DNA of 64,000 nucleotides, from assembly GCA_902805845.1 (NCBI GenBank), contig CADCUI010000001.1, positions 140,592-204,591 of the forward strand, written 5' to 3'. Positions 8,644 to 17,521 of this stretch are shown here, in pieces (positions within the stretch are counted from its first letter, which is position 1; every line of letters begins with the position of its first letter). The position numbers and the translations under genes were made by a program. The notes beneath the pieces are model-generated. The model saw nothing but the letters and a program-made list of their open reading frames with translations, was not told the DNA's origin and made no database searches. Source of the DNA: an uncultured Nocardioidaceae bacterium. GTDB taxonomy: Bacteria > Actinomycetota > Actinomycetes > Propionibacteriales > Nocardioidaceae.

Positions 8644-11600
8644 CCGACGCCGGTCGGCTCCACACGACTGCCGCCGCACCGAGGCTGTTCGACATCGACG
8701 ACCCCCTTCCGCGTCCGGGCTCCACCACCCTGCTCGAGGCGAGCGCCGGCACGGGGAAGACCTGGGCCATCGCGGCCCTCGTCGCCCGTTACGTGATCGA
8801 GGACGGGTTGCCGCTCGAGCGGCTGCTCGTGGTGACCTTCGGGCGTGCCGCCAGCCAGGAGCTGAGAAGCAGGGTCCGCGAGCGGCTCGTCGAGGCCGAC
8901 CGCCACCTCGAGGCGGCGGTGGCCGACCGTCCGCTCCCGACCGGTGACGACGAGCTGCTCGCCCGTCTCGTGGTGGGCGATCCGGCCGTTCTGGTCGTGC
9001 GCCGTGACCGTGCCCGGCGGGCGCTGGCCGACTTCGACGCCGCGACGATCGCCACGATCCACCAGTTCTGCCAGCTGGTGCTCAAGGGCCTGGGGGTCGC
9101 TGGTGACCACGACTCGGCCGCCGAGCTCGTGGAGGACCTCCAGGAGCTGCGCGACCAGGTGGTCGACGACCTCTTCGTCGCCTCGTTCGCCGGCCTCGAG
9201 GAGGCTCCTCCCCTGGACAGGAACACCGTCGCCGCCCTGGCCAGGGAGGCGGTCGTCGACCCTGCGGCCGCCCTTCGGCCGGACGCCACGGTCGAGGGGC
9301 TGGCGGGTCTGCGGGTCCGGCTGGCCGAACAGGTCCGCGAGCAGATGCAGACCCGCAAGCGTCGGCTCGGCATCCTCAGCTACGACGACCTGCTCTCGCG
9401 CCTCGCCGACGCGCTCGAGCACGAGGACTCGGCCGCCCGGCTGCGGATGCGGGCCCGGTGGGACGTCGTCCTCGTCGACGAGTTCCAGGACACCGACCCG
9501 GTGCAGTGGGAGGTCTTCGACCGCGCGTTCTCCGGTCACGCCGCGATGGTCCTGATCGGCGACCCGAAGCAGGCCATCTACGCCTTCCGCGGCGGCGACA
9601 TCACGACGTACGGGCGGGCCAAGCGGTCTGCCACCGCGGAAGCCACGCTGGGCGTGAACTACCGCAGTGACGCACCGTTGGTGGAGTCCGTGGTGACACT
9701 TCTCGGCGGCGCTCGGCTCGGCGAGGACATCGTGGCGCGGCCGGTGAGCGCGCACTGCCGCGGCCAGCGACTGGCCGGCGCTCCCAGCACCGCCCCGCTG
9801 CGGCTGCGGCTGGTCAACCGTTCCCAGTTCGGAAGTCCGAGACCGCCGGCCATCGGCCCGGCACGCGCCGCGGTGGCCGCCGACCTGGCCCAGGACGTCG
9901 CCGCGCTGCTCGCCTCCGGGGCCACCCACGGTGGCCGGGCGCTGCGGGCCGAGGACGTCGCCGTGCTGTGTGCGACCGCCGCCCAGTGCGACCTGGTGCG
10001 TGCCGCCCTGGGGGAGGTGGGGGTGCCTGCCGTGGTGCTGGGCTCGGCGAGCGTGTTCGGTTCGGCCGCGGCCGACGACTGGCTGACGGTGCTGGAGGCG
10101 ATGGAGCGGCCTCACCGCAGCGACCGGGTCCGGGCAGCGGCGCTCACCGCGTTCTTCGACCTGACGCCCGAACAGCTGGCGTCCGGTGGGGACCAGGTCA
10201 CCGAGTCCATGGCCGAGACGATGAGGGACTGGGCACAGCTGATGAGCCGGCGCGGTGTCGCCGCGGTCTTCGAGGCGGCGGCCTCCGGAGGCGGGATGAA
10301 CCGTCGGCTCCTGCTGTACCAGGGTGGCGAGCGGCTGGCGACGGACCTGCGGCACCTCGCCCAGCTGCTCCACGAGCTCGTGGCCCGCGAGGGGCTGGCG
10401 CTGCCCGGTCTGCTCACGTGGCTGCGTGCCCAGATCGCCGAGACCCGTCGGGAGGCCCCCGAGGACCGGGCCCGTCGGCTGGACTCCGACGCCTTGGCGG
10501 TGCAGATCCTCACCATCCACAAGAGCAAGGGGCTCCAGTACCCCGTCGTCTACCTTCCCTTCGCCTCCGACCACAAGCAGAAGCGTGAGCTGCTTCCCCG
10601 GTTCCACGACGACGACGGCAACCGGTGCCTCGACGTCGGCGGCTCGCCCGCCGACGAGCACACCGCTCGAGCCCAGGCCGAGCTCGCCGACGAGCGGCTC
10701 AGGCTTCTCTATGTCGCGATGACCCGAGCGCAGAGCCAGGTGGTCACCTGGTGGTTCGCCAGCAAGCAGAACGTCGAGGCGTCGAGCCTCCACCGGGTCG
10801 TCATGGGGCGCGGACCGGGCCAGGCCGAGGTGCCGCTGTCCGTCGACGCGGTCTCCGACGAGGATGCGCTGGCGCGGGCGCGCCAGTGGGAGGAGCAGGG
10901 GGCGGTGTCGGTGGAGCTGGTCCGGCCGCGGTCCTCCCTCGCGGAGCCGCCGGCCCGGTCGCCGGTGGACGTCGAGCCCCGGGCGTGGACCCGGTCGGTG
11001 GACGACACCTGGGGACGCACGTCGTACACCGGGCTCAGCGGCGCCGCGTCGGCTCACGAGGCGGCGGGGGTGCCGTTCGGAAGCGAGCCCGAGGCGCCGG
11101 TCAAGGAGGACGAACCTGAGATCGTCGTGGCCGACGCCGTGGCGGAGCAGGACGCGGTGCGCTCGCCGATGACCGACCTCCCGGTCGGGGCCACCTTCGG
11201 CTCCCTGGTGCACGCCGTCCTCGAGCACGCGGACCCCGACGCGCCCGGCCACGACGGCGACCTGCGTGCTGAGCTCCTCCAGCACATCGGCGACCAGCTG
11301 GTCCGGTGGCCCGTGGCGCTCGACAAGAACGAGCTCGCCGACGCGCTGGTGGCGGTGCTCGACTCATCGATGGGCCCGCTTGCCGGTGACCGCACTCTCC
11401 GCCAGGTCGGCGTGCGGGACAGGATGACCGAGCTCGACTTCGAGCTTCCGCTCGCGGGCGGTGACCGGGACGAGCATCCCTGGACCTCCGCGCGGCTGTC
11501 AGGGATCGCGCCGCTGCTGCGGGAGCACCTGCCTGCCGACGACCCGCTGCTCCCGTACGCCGACGTGCTCGAGGGGCCCGGGCACGCCGCCCAGGTGCTG

Positions 11601-12020
11601 CACGGCTACCTGGCCGGCTCCGTCGACGTGGTGCTGCGAGTCGACGGCCGCTACCTGGTCGTCGACTACAAGACGAACCACCTCGGTCCGCGCACCGAGC
11701 CGCCGACCGAGCTGACGTCCGCGCACTACGCCCCGTCACGGCTGGCGGCCGCGATGACCCACTCCAGCTATCCGTTGCAGGCGCTGCTGTACGCCGTGGT
11801 GCTGCACCGTTTCCTCCGCTGGCGGCTGCCCGGCTACGACCCCGAGCAGCACCTCGGCGGTGTGCTGTACCTCTACCTCCGGGGGATGTGCGGGCCCGCG
11901 ACGCCGATGACCGACGGACAGCCCTGCGGGGTCTTCGCCTGGCGTCCGCCGGTGATTCTCGTCGAGGCGGTCTCGGACCTCCTCGACGGTGTGGACGAGC
12001 GGGCAGAGGGCACGGCATGA
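8640..12020 (+). CDS. recB: Exodeoxyribonuclease V beta subunit RecB (UvrD-like helicase plus PD-(D/E)xK nuclease)
   Basis: GTG at 8640 overlaps the recC stop (GTGA). Translation has Walker A EASAGTGKTW, VDEFQDTD, and the C-terminal nuclease motif VDVVLRVDGRYLVVDYKTN. The 8511 start in the ORF track is an upstream extension. Confidence 0.92.
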   Translation: MTDAGRLHTTAAAPRLFDIDDPLPRPGSTTLLEASAGTGKTWAIAALVARYVIEDGLPLERLLVVTFGRAASQELRSRVRERLVEADRHLEAAVADRPLPTGDDELLARLVVGDPAVLVVRRDRARRALADFDAATIATIHQFCQLVLKGLGVAGDHDSAAELVEDLQELRDQVVDDLFVASFAGLEEAPPLDRNTVAALAREAVVDPAAALRPDATVEGLAGLRVRLAEQVREQMQTRKRRLGILSYDDLLSRLADALEHEDSAARLRMRARWDVVLVDEFQDTDPVQWEVFDRAFSGHAAMVLIGDPKQAIYAFRGGDITTYGRAKRSATAEATLGVNYRSDAPLVESVVTLLGGARLGEDIVARPVSAHCRGQRLAGAPSTAPLRLRLVNRSQFGSPRPPAIGPARAAVAADLAQDVAALLASGATHGGRALRAEDVAVLCATAAQCDLVRAALGEVGVPAVVLGSASVFGSAAADDWLTVLEAMERPHRSDRVRAAALTAFFDLTPEQLASGGDQVTESMAETMRDWAQLMSRRGVAAVFEAAASGGGMNRRLLLYQGGERLATDLRHLAQLLHELVAREGLALPGLLTWLRAQIAETRREAPEDRARRLDSDALAVQILTIHKSKGLQYPVVYLPFASDHKQKRELLPRFHDDDGNRCLDVGGSPADEHTARAQAELADERLRLLYVAMTRAQSQVVTWWFASKQNVEASSLHRVVMGRGPGQAEVPLSVDAVSDEDALARARQWEEQGAVSVELVRPRSSLAEPPARSPVDVEPRAWTRSVDDTWGRTSYTGLSGAASAHEAAGVPFGSEPEAPVKEDEPEIVVADAVAEQDAVRSPMTDLPVGATFGSLVHAVLEHADPDAPGHDGDLRAELLQHIGDQLVRWPVALDKNELADALVAVLDSSMGPLAGDRTLRQVGVRDRMTELDFELPLAGGDRDEHPWTSARLSGIAPLLREHLPADDPLLPYADVLEGPGHAAQVLHGYLAGSVDVVLRVDGRYLVVDYKTNHLGPRTEPPTELTSAHYAPSRLAAAMTHSSYPLQALLYAVVLHRFLRWRLPGYDPEQHLGGVLYLYLRGMCGPATPMTDGQPCGVFAWRPPVILVEAVSDLLDGVDERAEGTA

Positions 12021-13870
12021 CCGCGGCGACGGCCTTCGTCCCCCTCGATGACCACGACCGGCGTCGTGCACGCCGGGCCCGGGGGCTCCTCGCCGAGATC
12101 AACGACGCCGGGTTCCTGGAGGCGGCCGACGTCCACGTCGCCCAACGCCTCGCTCGGCTGGGTGGCGAGACGTCCCCGGAGGTGCTGCTGGCGGTGGCGG
12201 TGGCCGTGCGGGCGGTCCGGGCGGGGTCGGTGTGCGTCGACCTCCGGTCGGTCGGTGACCTGGCTCCCGGGGTGCGCTGGCCGGACCCCGACTCGTGGGT
12301 CTCGTCGGTGCGGGGAAGCGCCCTGGTCGCCGACGGTGTGCTGTGCCTGGAGGGGACGGACCTCTACCTCAGGCGCTACTGGGAGGAGGAGCGCCAGGTC
12401 GTCGAGGACCTGCGCCGACGTGACGAGAGCGAACCCGTCGCCCTCGACCCCGGCATGGTGGCCGCTGCTCTTGCGGCGTACTTTCCCGACGACGACTCCA
12501 CCGACCAGCGGCTGGCGGCGGCGCTCTCCTGCCGCCGGTGGACCAGCGTCATCACCGGAGGTCCCGGCACGGGCAAGACGACGACGATCGCGCGGCTGCT
12601 GGGGGTGCTGCTGACGGTCGCGGGTGATCAGCCGCTCCGGGTGGCGCTCGCCGCGCCGACCGGCAAGGCGGCGGCCAGGATGGGGCAGGCGCTGCGGGAG
12701 GCCACCGACGTGCCGGGCTTCCCCGGGCGGGACGGGGCGGCCGACGGCGCGGTCGACTGGGCGGGCGACGGGGCGGCCGACGGGGCGGCCGACGCGGCTG
12801 CTGCCCGTCGGCGTGACCAGATCCGCGGCTACCAGGCGTCGACGATCCACCGGCTGCTCGGCTGGCGGCCGGACAGCTCGACCCGGTTCCGCCATGACAG
12901 GTCGAACCCGCTCCCCTACGACGTCGTCGTGGTCGACGAGACCTCGATGGTCTCGCTCACGCTGATGGCCCGGCTGCTGGAGTCGATGCGGCCGCAGGCG
13001 CGACTCGTGCTGGTGGGTGACGCCGATCAGCTTGCGTCCGTGGAGGCGGGCGCGGTGCTCGGTGACGTCGTCCGTGGCTGGAGCTCCACCGGCCCCGTGC
13101 GGCGCTTGGACAGGACCCGTCGGTTCGGCATGAACATCGCCGAGCTTGCCCAGGCGATCAGGGCAGGCGATGACGACGAGGTGGTCAGGGTCCTGCGTGA
13201 GGGCCGCGTCCCCGAGCAGCCGGACGACGGCAGGGTCGCCTGGGTGGAGGCCGACTCGCTCGACCCTCTCCTCGGGGACCAGGCGTTGCGGCTGTGGGAG
13301 GCCGGCCGAGGCGGCGAGGCAGAACGGGCCTGGCAGGTCTTCGAGGGCCACCGGTTGCTCTGTGCGCACCGGGACGGGCCGTACGGCGTCGGGACCTGGA
13401 ACCGGCGCGTCGAGCGGCTGCTGATGGCCGCCGTGGGACAGGACTGGCTCGAGGAGTGGTACCCGGGCCGCCCGTTCATCGTCAACGCGAACGATCGGGG
13501 GCTCGACCTCTGGAACGGCGACACCGGTGTCGCCTGCCTCGCCGCGCCCTCCGCTTCGAGGCCCGGTGCACGGACCGTCGGGGTGATCGGCAAGGGGGGC
13601 GGCGGGACGAGGTCGCTTCCGACGACGCGGCTGTCCGACGTGTCGACCGCTCACGCGATGACCGTGCACCGCAGCCAGGGCAGCCAGTTCGCGGACGTGA
13701 CGGTGCTGCTCCCCGAGCCGGACAGCCGCATCCTCACGCGCGAGCTGTTCTACACCGCGGTGACGCGCGCCCGGGACACGGTGAGAGTGGTCGGCTCGGA
13801 GGAGGCCGTACGTGCCGCGGTGACCCGACGGGCCCAGCGGGCGACCGGCCTGGCTCGCCGGCTGGGCTGA
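12017..13870 (+). CDS. recD: Exodeoxyribonuclease V alpha subunit RecD
   Basis: ATG at 12017 overlaps the recB stop (ATGA). Motifs: ITGGPGTGKTTT, VVVVDETSMV and AMTVHRSQGSQF. Confidence 0.92.
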   Translation: MTAATAFVPLDDHDRRRARRARGLLAEINDAGFLEAADVHVAQRLARLGGETSPEVLLAVAVAVRAVRAGSVCVDLRSVGDLAPGVRWPDPDSWVSSVRGSALVADGVLCLEGTDLYLRRYWEEERQVVEDLRRRDESEPVALDPGMVAAALAAYFPDDDSTDQRLAAALSCRRWTSVITGGPGTGKTTTIARLLGVLLTVAGDQPLRVALAAPTGKAAARMGQALREATDVPGFPGRDGAADGAVDWAGDGAADGAADAAAARRRDQIRGYQASTIHRLLGWRPDSSTRFRHDRSNPLPYDVVVVDETSMVSLTLMARLLESMRPQARLVLVGDADQLASVEAGAVLGDVVRGWSSTGPVRRLDRTRRFGMNIAELAQAIRAGDDDEVVRVLREGRVPEQPDDGRVAWVEADSLDPLLGDQALRLWEAGRGGEAERAWQVFEGHRLLCAHRDGPYGVGTWNRRVERLLMAAVGQDWLEEWYPGRPFIVNANDRGLDLWNGDTGVACLAAPSASRPGARTVGVIGKGGGGTRSLPTTRLSDVSTAHAMTVHRSQGSQFADVTVLLPEPDSRILTRELFYTAVTRARDTVRVVGSEEAVRAAVTRRAQRATGLARRLG

Positions 13871-13910
13871 CGAGGCCTGACCCGGGCTGACCCGGACTGA
13901 CGCGGGCTGT
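13861..13910 (+). repeat. Five phased 10-nt repeats (consensus CSSGGSCTGA)
   Basis: The five consecutive units are gctgggctga, cgaggcctga, cccgggctga, cccggactga and cgcgggctgt. The first contains the recD stop codon. The 10-nt spacing places TGA in all three frames. Confidence 0.7.
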
Positions 13911-13962
13911 GCCGATCCCAGCCGGGTGGTCGGACCTCCGGGCTGACCGGCACAATCGCCCC

Positions 13963-15051
13963 ATGGCCGACGTCGTCTACCTGCACGTGGGTGCGCCCAA
14001 GACGGGCACCACCTACCTGCAGGACCGGCTCCACGCCAACATCGCGACGCTGGCCCGGCACGGCGTGCGCTATCCCGTCGGCCCTCACCGGGACATGTTC
14101 CCGGCCGCCCTCGACCTCCTCGACCGCCGGTGGGGCGGCCAGCGCGAGGACGTCCGCGGACAGTGGCCGGCCCTCGCGGAGCGGGTCCGTCGCACTCCCG
14201 GGACGGTGCTCGTCAGCCACGAGATCCTCGCCGGCGCCGGCGCCGAGCAGGCCGCCCGGGCGATGAGCGACCTGGGGGACGCCGAGCTGCACGTCGTCTA
14301 CTCGGCCCGCGACATCGCCCGCCAGGTCCCCGCCGAGTGGCAGGAGCTGGTCAAGCACCGCCACGAGCGCTCCTTCCGGACCTTCGTCAAGCAGGTCCGC
14401 ACCGCGGAGCGTCGCGACTCGCCGCTGTGGTTCTGGCGGGTCCAGGGGCTGCCCGACGTCCTCAACCGGTGGTCGCAGGGGCTCCCGCCGGAGCGGGTCC
14501 ACCTGGTGACGGTGCCCCATCCCGGGGCGCCGCCGGACGAGCTGTGGCACCGGTTCTGCCGGGCGCTGGGGATCGACCCCGGGTGGGCTCCCGAGGACGC
14601 CGCCCGGTCGAACCCGTCGCTCGGCATCGACGAGACCGCGTTGCTGCGCGAGCTCAACCGGCGACTGCGCAAGGCCGGGCTGGACTCCGCGTCGTACCGG
14701 CACCTGGTCCGTCACCTCGTGGCCCACGAGACGCTGGCCGACCGACCTGGCATGCGTCGCGTCGGACTGCCGCCGCGGCTGCACGCATGGGCGGGGGAGA
14801 TCGCCGAGGAGTGGGTCGGCTGGGTCGAAGGGTCCGGCGTGGACGTCGTCGGCGACCTGGCCGATCTCCGCCCCGTCCTCCCTGAGCCCGGGAGCTGGCA
14901 GAAGGCCGACCGGCCCCGACCGCAGCGGATGGTCGACGCCGCCCTCGACGCGCTGGTCGCGGTCGTCGCCGAGGCCGCGGCCCGACCGGCGGTGCAGGCG
15001 GCCCCGCCACCGCTGCTGGACCGGGCGACCCGGAGGCTGCGTGGCCAGTGA
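13963..15051 (+). CDS. Sulfotransferase-like P-loop protein
   Basis: N-terminal VYLHVGAPKTGTTYLQ resembles the PAPS 5'-phosphosulfate loop PKxGTT, and YSARDIARQVPAEW resembles the 3'-phosphate motif. It is a clear paralog of the 16288-17508 product. I prefer ATG 13963 over the 13909 ORF start. There is no SD; cacaat lies about 7 nt upstream, so the mRNA may be leaderless. Confidence 0.7.
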   Translation: MADVVYLHVGAPKTGTTYLQDRLHANIATLARHGVRYPVGPHRDMFPAALDLLDRRWGGQREDVRGQWPALAERVRRTPGTVLVSHEILAGAGAEQAARAMSDLGDAELHVVYSARDIARQVPAEWQELVKHRHERSFRTFVKQVRTAERRDSPLWFWRVQGLPDVLNRWSQGLPPERVHLVTVPHPGAPPDELWHRFCRALGIDPGWAPEDAARSNPSLGIDETALLRELNRRLRKAGLDSASYRHLVRHLVAHETLADRPGMRRVGLPPRLHAWAGEIAEEWVGWVEGSGVDVVGDLADLRPVLPEPGSWQKADRPRPQRMVDAALDALVAVVAEAAARPAVQAAPPPLLDRATRRLRGQ

Positions 15052-16291
15052 TCCCTCCGTGGACCCGGAGCTCGAGGCGGCCGCCCGGTCCTGGGCCGAG
15101 CACCTGCGGACCGGAGGGACGACGCCCTGGGCCGACTGGGTCGTCGCCGCTCCGGGCCCGGCGGTGCCGCGTGCAGCAGCACCCTCTCCGCACCTCCCGG
15201 GCGCCGCGCACCTCGAGCTGCTCCGCCGGCTCAACCTGGAAGGGCCCCTTCCCGGGCTCGTCGACCACGTGCTGACCCGGCCGGGTCCGGGTCGCGGTCG
15301 GGTGCACCTCCCGTTGTCCTGGCCACCGGAGCGGCCGGCGGCACCGGCCGCGGAGGTACGCCGGGTCGCGGTCGGCGTCCTCGCGGACCTGACCTCGAGG
15401 CTCGAATCTCGAGGCGTCGCCACGGGCGCAGAACAGCCGAGGGGCCCCGCGTCGGGGCGCCGCCGCCTGCGCGGCCGGTCCTTCGTCCTCGAGGGGCTCC
15501 CGATGACGGTGACCACGCTGCGTGCCGGGCTGGCGGCGGCCGGCCTGGTCGAGCATCGACCCAAGCGGCCGTGGTTCCGGCTGGGACGCCGCGGAAGCAG
15601 CCGTCCCGACGCGGTGATCCTGGTCGCCGGCCCCCTCGACCAGGCGCTGCGGGAGGCCTGGGCCCGTCGCGTGCTCGAGGGGTCACCGCGGTCGTGGCGC
15701 GGATTCCTCACGATGTGGTCGACGCGCGAGGCCCTGCCCCCCTCCGCCGAGCTCGACCGGGTGCTGCAGAACTGGGTCCCCCGCGTCGGACCCGGACAGG
15801 TGCACGTCGTCGTCACCTCGGTGACGGAGGCCGCCGCACCGCTGGTCGACCGGGTCGCACAGATCCTCGGCGTACGCCCCGCTCAGGACGCCCAGGACGC
15901 GGGCCCGGCCCCCCTGACGCCGGTCATGCTCGACCTGCTGCGCCGGGTCAACGGCGTCCTGCCCTTCCTGGTCCCCGAGGAGGCGCGAGCGGTGCGGCGC
16001 GACGCCCTGGCCGACCTCATGCGCACCGAGCCGCTGGGTCCCCGGTGGGTGGGGCTGCCTCGTGGCCGGCGGTCCTGGGTGGTCGCCGCCGGCGCCCGCC
16101 AGGTCGAGACGGTCCGCGACGCGGGTGTGACCGTGCACGGGGACCTCGCCGCGCTGGCGCGTCCGTCGCGACGAGGACGCGGTGTGCGCGCCGAGGACAC
16201 CGTCGCGGCGGCGATCCGTATGATCCACCGCGTCGAGCGCCGCGCCGTCGCCACGGACGGCGGGCCGGTCGGCGGAGGGACGGACACGTGA
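15041..16291 (+). CDS. Hypothetical protein, possibly a degenerate member of the same fold
   Basis: 416 aa. The GTG start overlaps the upstream stop by 11 nt, and its stop overlaps the next start (GTGA). The segment FVLEGLPMTVTTLRAGLAAAGL aligns by eye with YLHVGAPKTGTTYLQDRL of its neighbours but lacks the Lys. Confidence 0.6.
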   Translation: MASDPSVDPELEAAARSWAEHLRTGGTTPWADWVVAAPGPAVPRAAAPSPHLPGAAHLELLRRLNLEGPLPGLVDHVLTRPGPGRGRVHLPLSWPPERPAAPAAEVRRVAVGVLADLTSRLESRGVATGAEQPRGPASGRRRLRGRSFVLEGLPMTVTTLRAGLAAAGLVEHRPKRPWFRLGRRGSSRPDAVILVAGPLDQALREAWARRVLEGSPRSWRGFLTMWSTREALPPSAELDRVLQNWVPRVGPGQVHVVVTSVTEAAAPLVDRVAQILGVRPAQDAQDAGPAPLTPVMLDLLRRVNGVLPFLVPEEARAVRRDALADLMRTEPLGPRWVGLPRGRRSWVVAAGARQVETVRDAGVTVHGDLAALARPSRRGRGVRAEDTVAAAIRMIHRVERRAVATDGGPVGGGTDT

Positions 16292-17508
16292 GCGGCGCGG
16301 CACGCACGATCCTGGTGCACGTGGGCGCACCCAAGACCGGTACCTCGTTCCTGCAGGACCTGCTCCTCCACAGCCAGGCCACGCTCGCCGAGCGGGGCGT
16401 GCTCTACCCGGCCGATCGCTTCGACGCCCACTTCCTCGCCGCACTCGACCTCATGGAGCTCCCGTGGGGCGGGCTGGAGCGCGAGGCCGTCGGCGCGTGG
16501 GACCGGCTCGCGGAGCAGGTGAGGGCGTGGGAGGGCACGGTGATCATCTCGCACGAGATCCTCGCCACCGCCTCGGCGGCGCACGTGGCGCGGGCTCTCT
16601 CCTCGTTCGGCGAGGACAGCGAGGTGCACATCGTGATGTCGGCCCGGGACCTGGTCCGACAGATCCCCGCGGAGTGGCAGGAGAACGTGAAGCACCGGCG
16701 GACGGTGGGCTACCGCGAGTTCCTCGACGCCATCCGCGACCCCGACTCCACCAGCAAGGTCGCGGCCTGGTTCTGGGGCGTCCAGGACATCCCCGCGACG
16801 CTGGGCCGCTGGGCCGCCGACGTGCCCCCGGAGCGGGTCCACCTGGTGACCGTGCCGGGGAGCGGCGCGCCCCGCGAGCTGCTGTGGGAGCGCTTCGCGA
16901 CGGTCTTCGGCCTCGACCCCGCTGACTTCGACACCGCTGTCGCGCAGCGGGCGAACCCCTCGCTCGGCGTGGCCGAGAGCGCGCTCGTGCGCCGCCTCAA
17001 CACGCGCGTCAACAACGGCGTCCTCCGCAACGAGCACTACCGCGAGTTCGTCCGTGAGCTGCTCGCGCACCGCACCCTCTCGTGGCGGCAGGAGGTGGTC
17101 CGGCTGCGGCTGCCGGCCGACGTCCAGGCCTGGGCCGTCGACCTCTCCCGGCAGTGGATCGACGAGCTCGGCGCACGCGGGTACGACGTCGTCGGCTCGC
17201 TGGAGGACCTCCGTCCGGTGGCGAGCCACGAGGGCGACTACCTCGACCCGGACGGCGAGCTGGACCTCACCGAGCCCGCGCTGCAGGGGCTGGCGGCGCT
17301 GCTCGTGCGGGCCGGCGAGATGCGCGACGAGATCGACGGGCTGCACCGCCACGTGGGGTTCCTCTCCGAGGAACGGGACCAGGCACGGAGGGAGGTCGGG
17401 CTGCTGCTGCGCAAGCGGCGCCAGTTCGTGGCGATGGCGGACCGCAGCCGGTCAGCGGCACTGGCGCTCGGCGCCTACCGGCGGGTCAAGCGGCTCGCCC
17501 GCGGCTAG
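16288..17508 (+). CDS. Sulfotransferase-like P-loop protein with C-terminal coiled-coil tail
   Basis: ILVHVGAPKTGTSFLQ and MSARDLVRQIPAEWQENVKHRR are colinear with the 13963 gene product. The C-terminal ~90 aa are charged and helical. The 15571 start in the ORF track is an artefactual extension. Confidence 0.7.
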   Translation: MSGAARTILVHVGAPKTGTSFLQDLLLHSQATLAERGVLYPADRFDAHFLAALDLMELPWGGLEREAVGAWDRLAEQVRAWEGTVIISHEILATASAAHVARALSSFGEDSEVHIVMSARDLVRQIPAEWQENVKHRRTVGYREFLDAIRDPDSTSKVAAWFWGVQDIPATLGRWAADVPPERVHLVTVPGSGAPRELLWERFATVFGLDPADFDTAVAQRANPSLGVAESALVRRLNTRVNNGVLRNEHYREFVRELLAHRTLSWRQEVVRLRLPADVQAWAVDLSRQWIDELGARGYDVVGSLEDLRPVASHEGDYLDPDGELDLTEPALQGLAALLVRAGEMRDEIDGLHRHVGFLSEERDQARREVGLLLRKRRQFVAMADRSRSAALALGAYRRVKRLARG

Positions 17509-17521
17509 GGCCTCCGGCTGG

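Noticed and set aside
8586-11285. Very long ORFs antisense to, or overlapping, real genes. Examples: 8586-11285(-) 899 aa, 1218-2978(-) 586 aa, 13750-15816(-) 688 aa, 28658-31393(+) 911 aa, 30492-32702(+) 736 aa, 53950-56607(-) 885 aa, and 6925-8679(-) 584 aa.
   Set aside because: Their translations are Arg/Pro/Gly/Ala-rich low-complexity strings with no motifs. They lie opposite genes with clear family signatures. Stop-free alternate frames of this kind are expected at about 70% GC.
15571-17508. The 645-aa version of the third sulfotransferase-like gene, and similar N-terminal extensions (8511 recB, 11888 recD, 24468 and 24971 opu genes, 49244-50299 Rieske, 59059 pabB, 17925 aat).
   Set aside because: The extensions overlap the upstream gene in another frame and are low-complexity. 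Internal GTG/ATG starts that give 4-nt start/stop overlaps, or that have an RBS, match the conserved N-termini.
5278-17508. recBCD plus the downstream trio as an anti-phage defence island.
   Set aside because: recBCD here is the standard housekeeping operon. The downstream proteins show no nuclease, NTPase-effector, TIR, SIR2 or other defence-type domains that I can recognise. Their adjacency is noted only as context.
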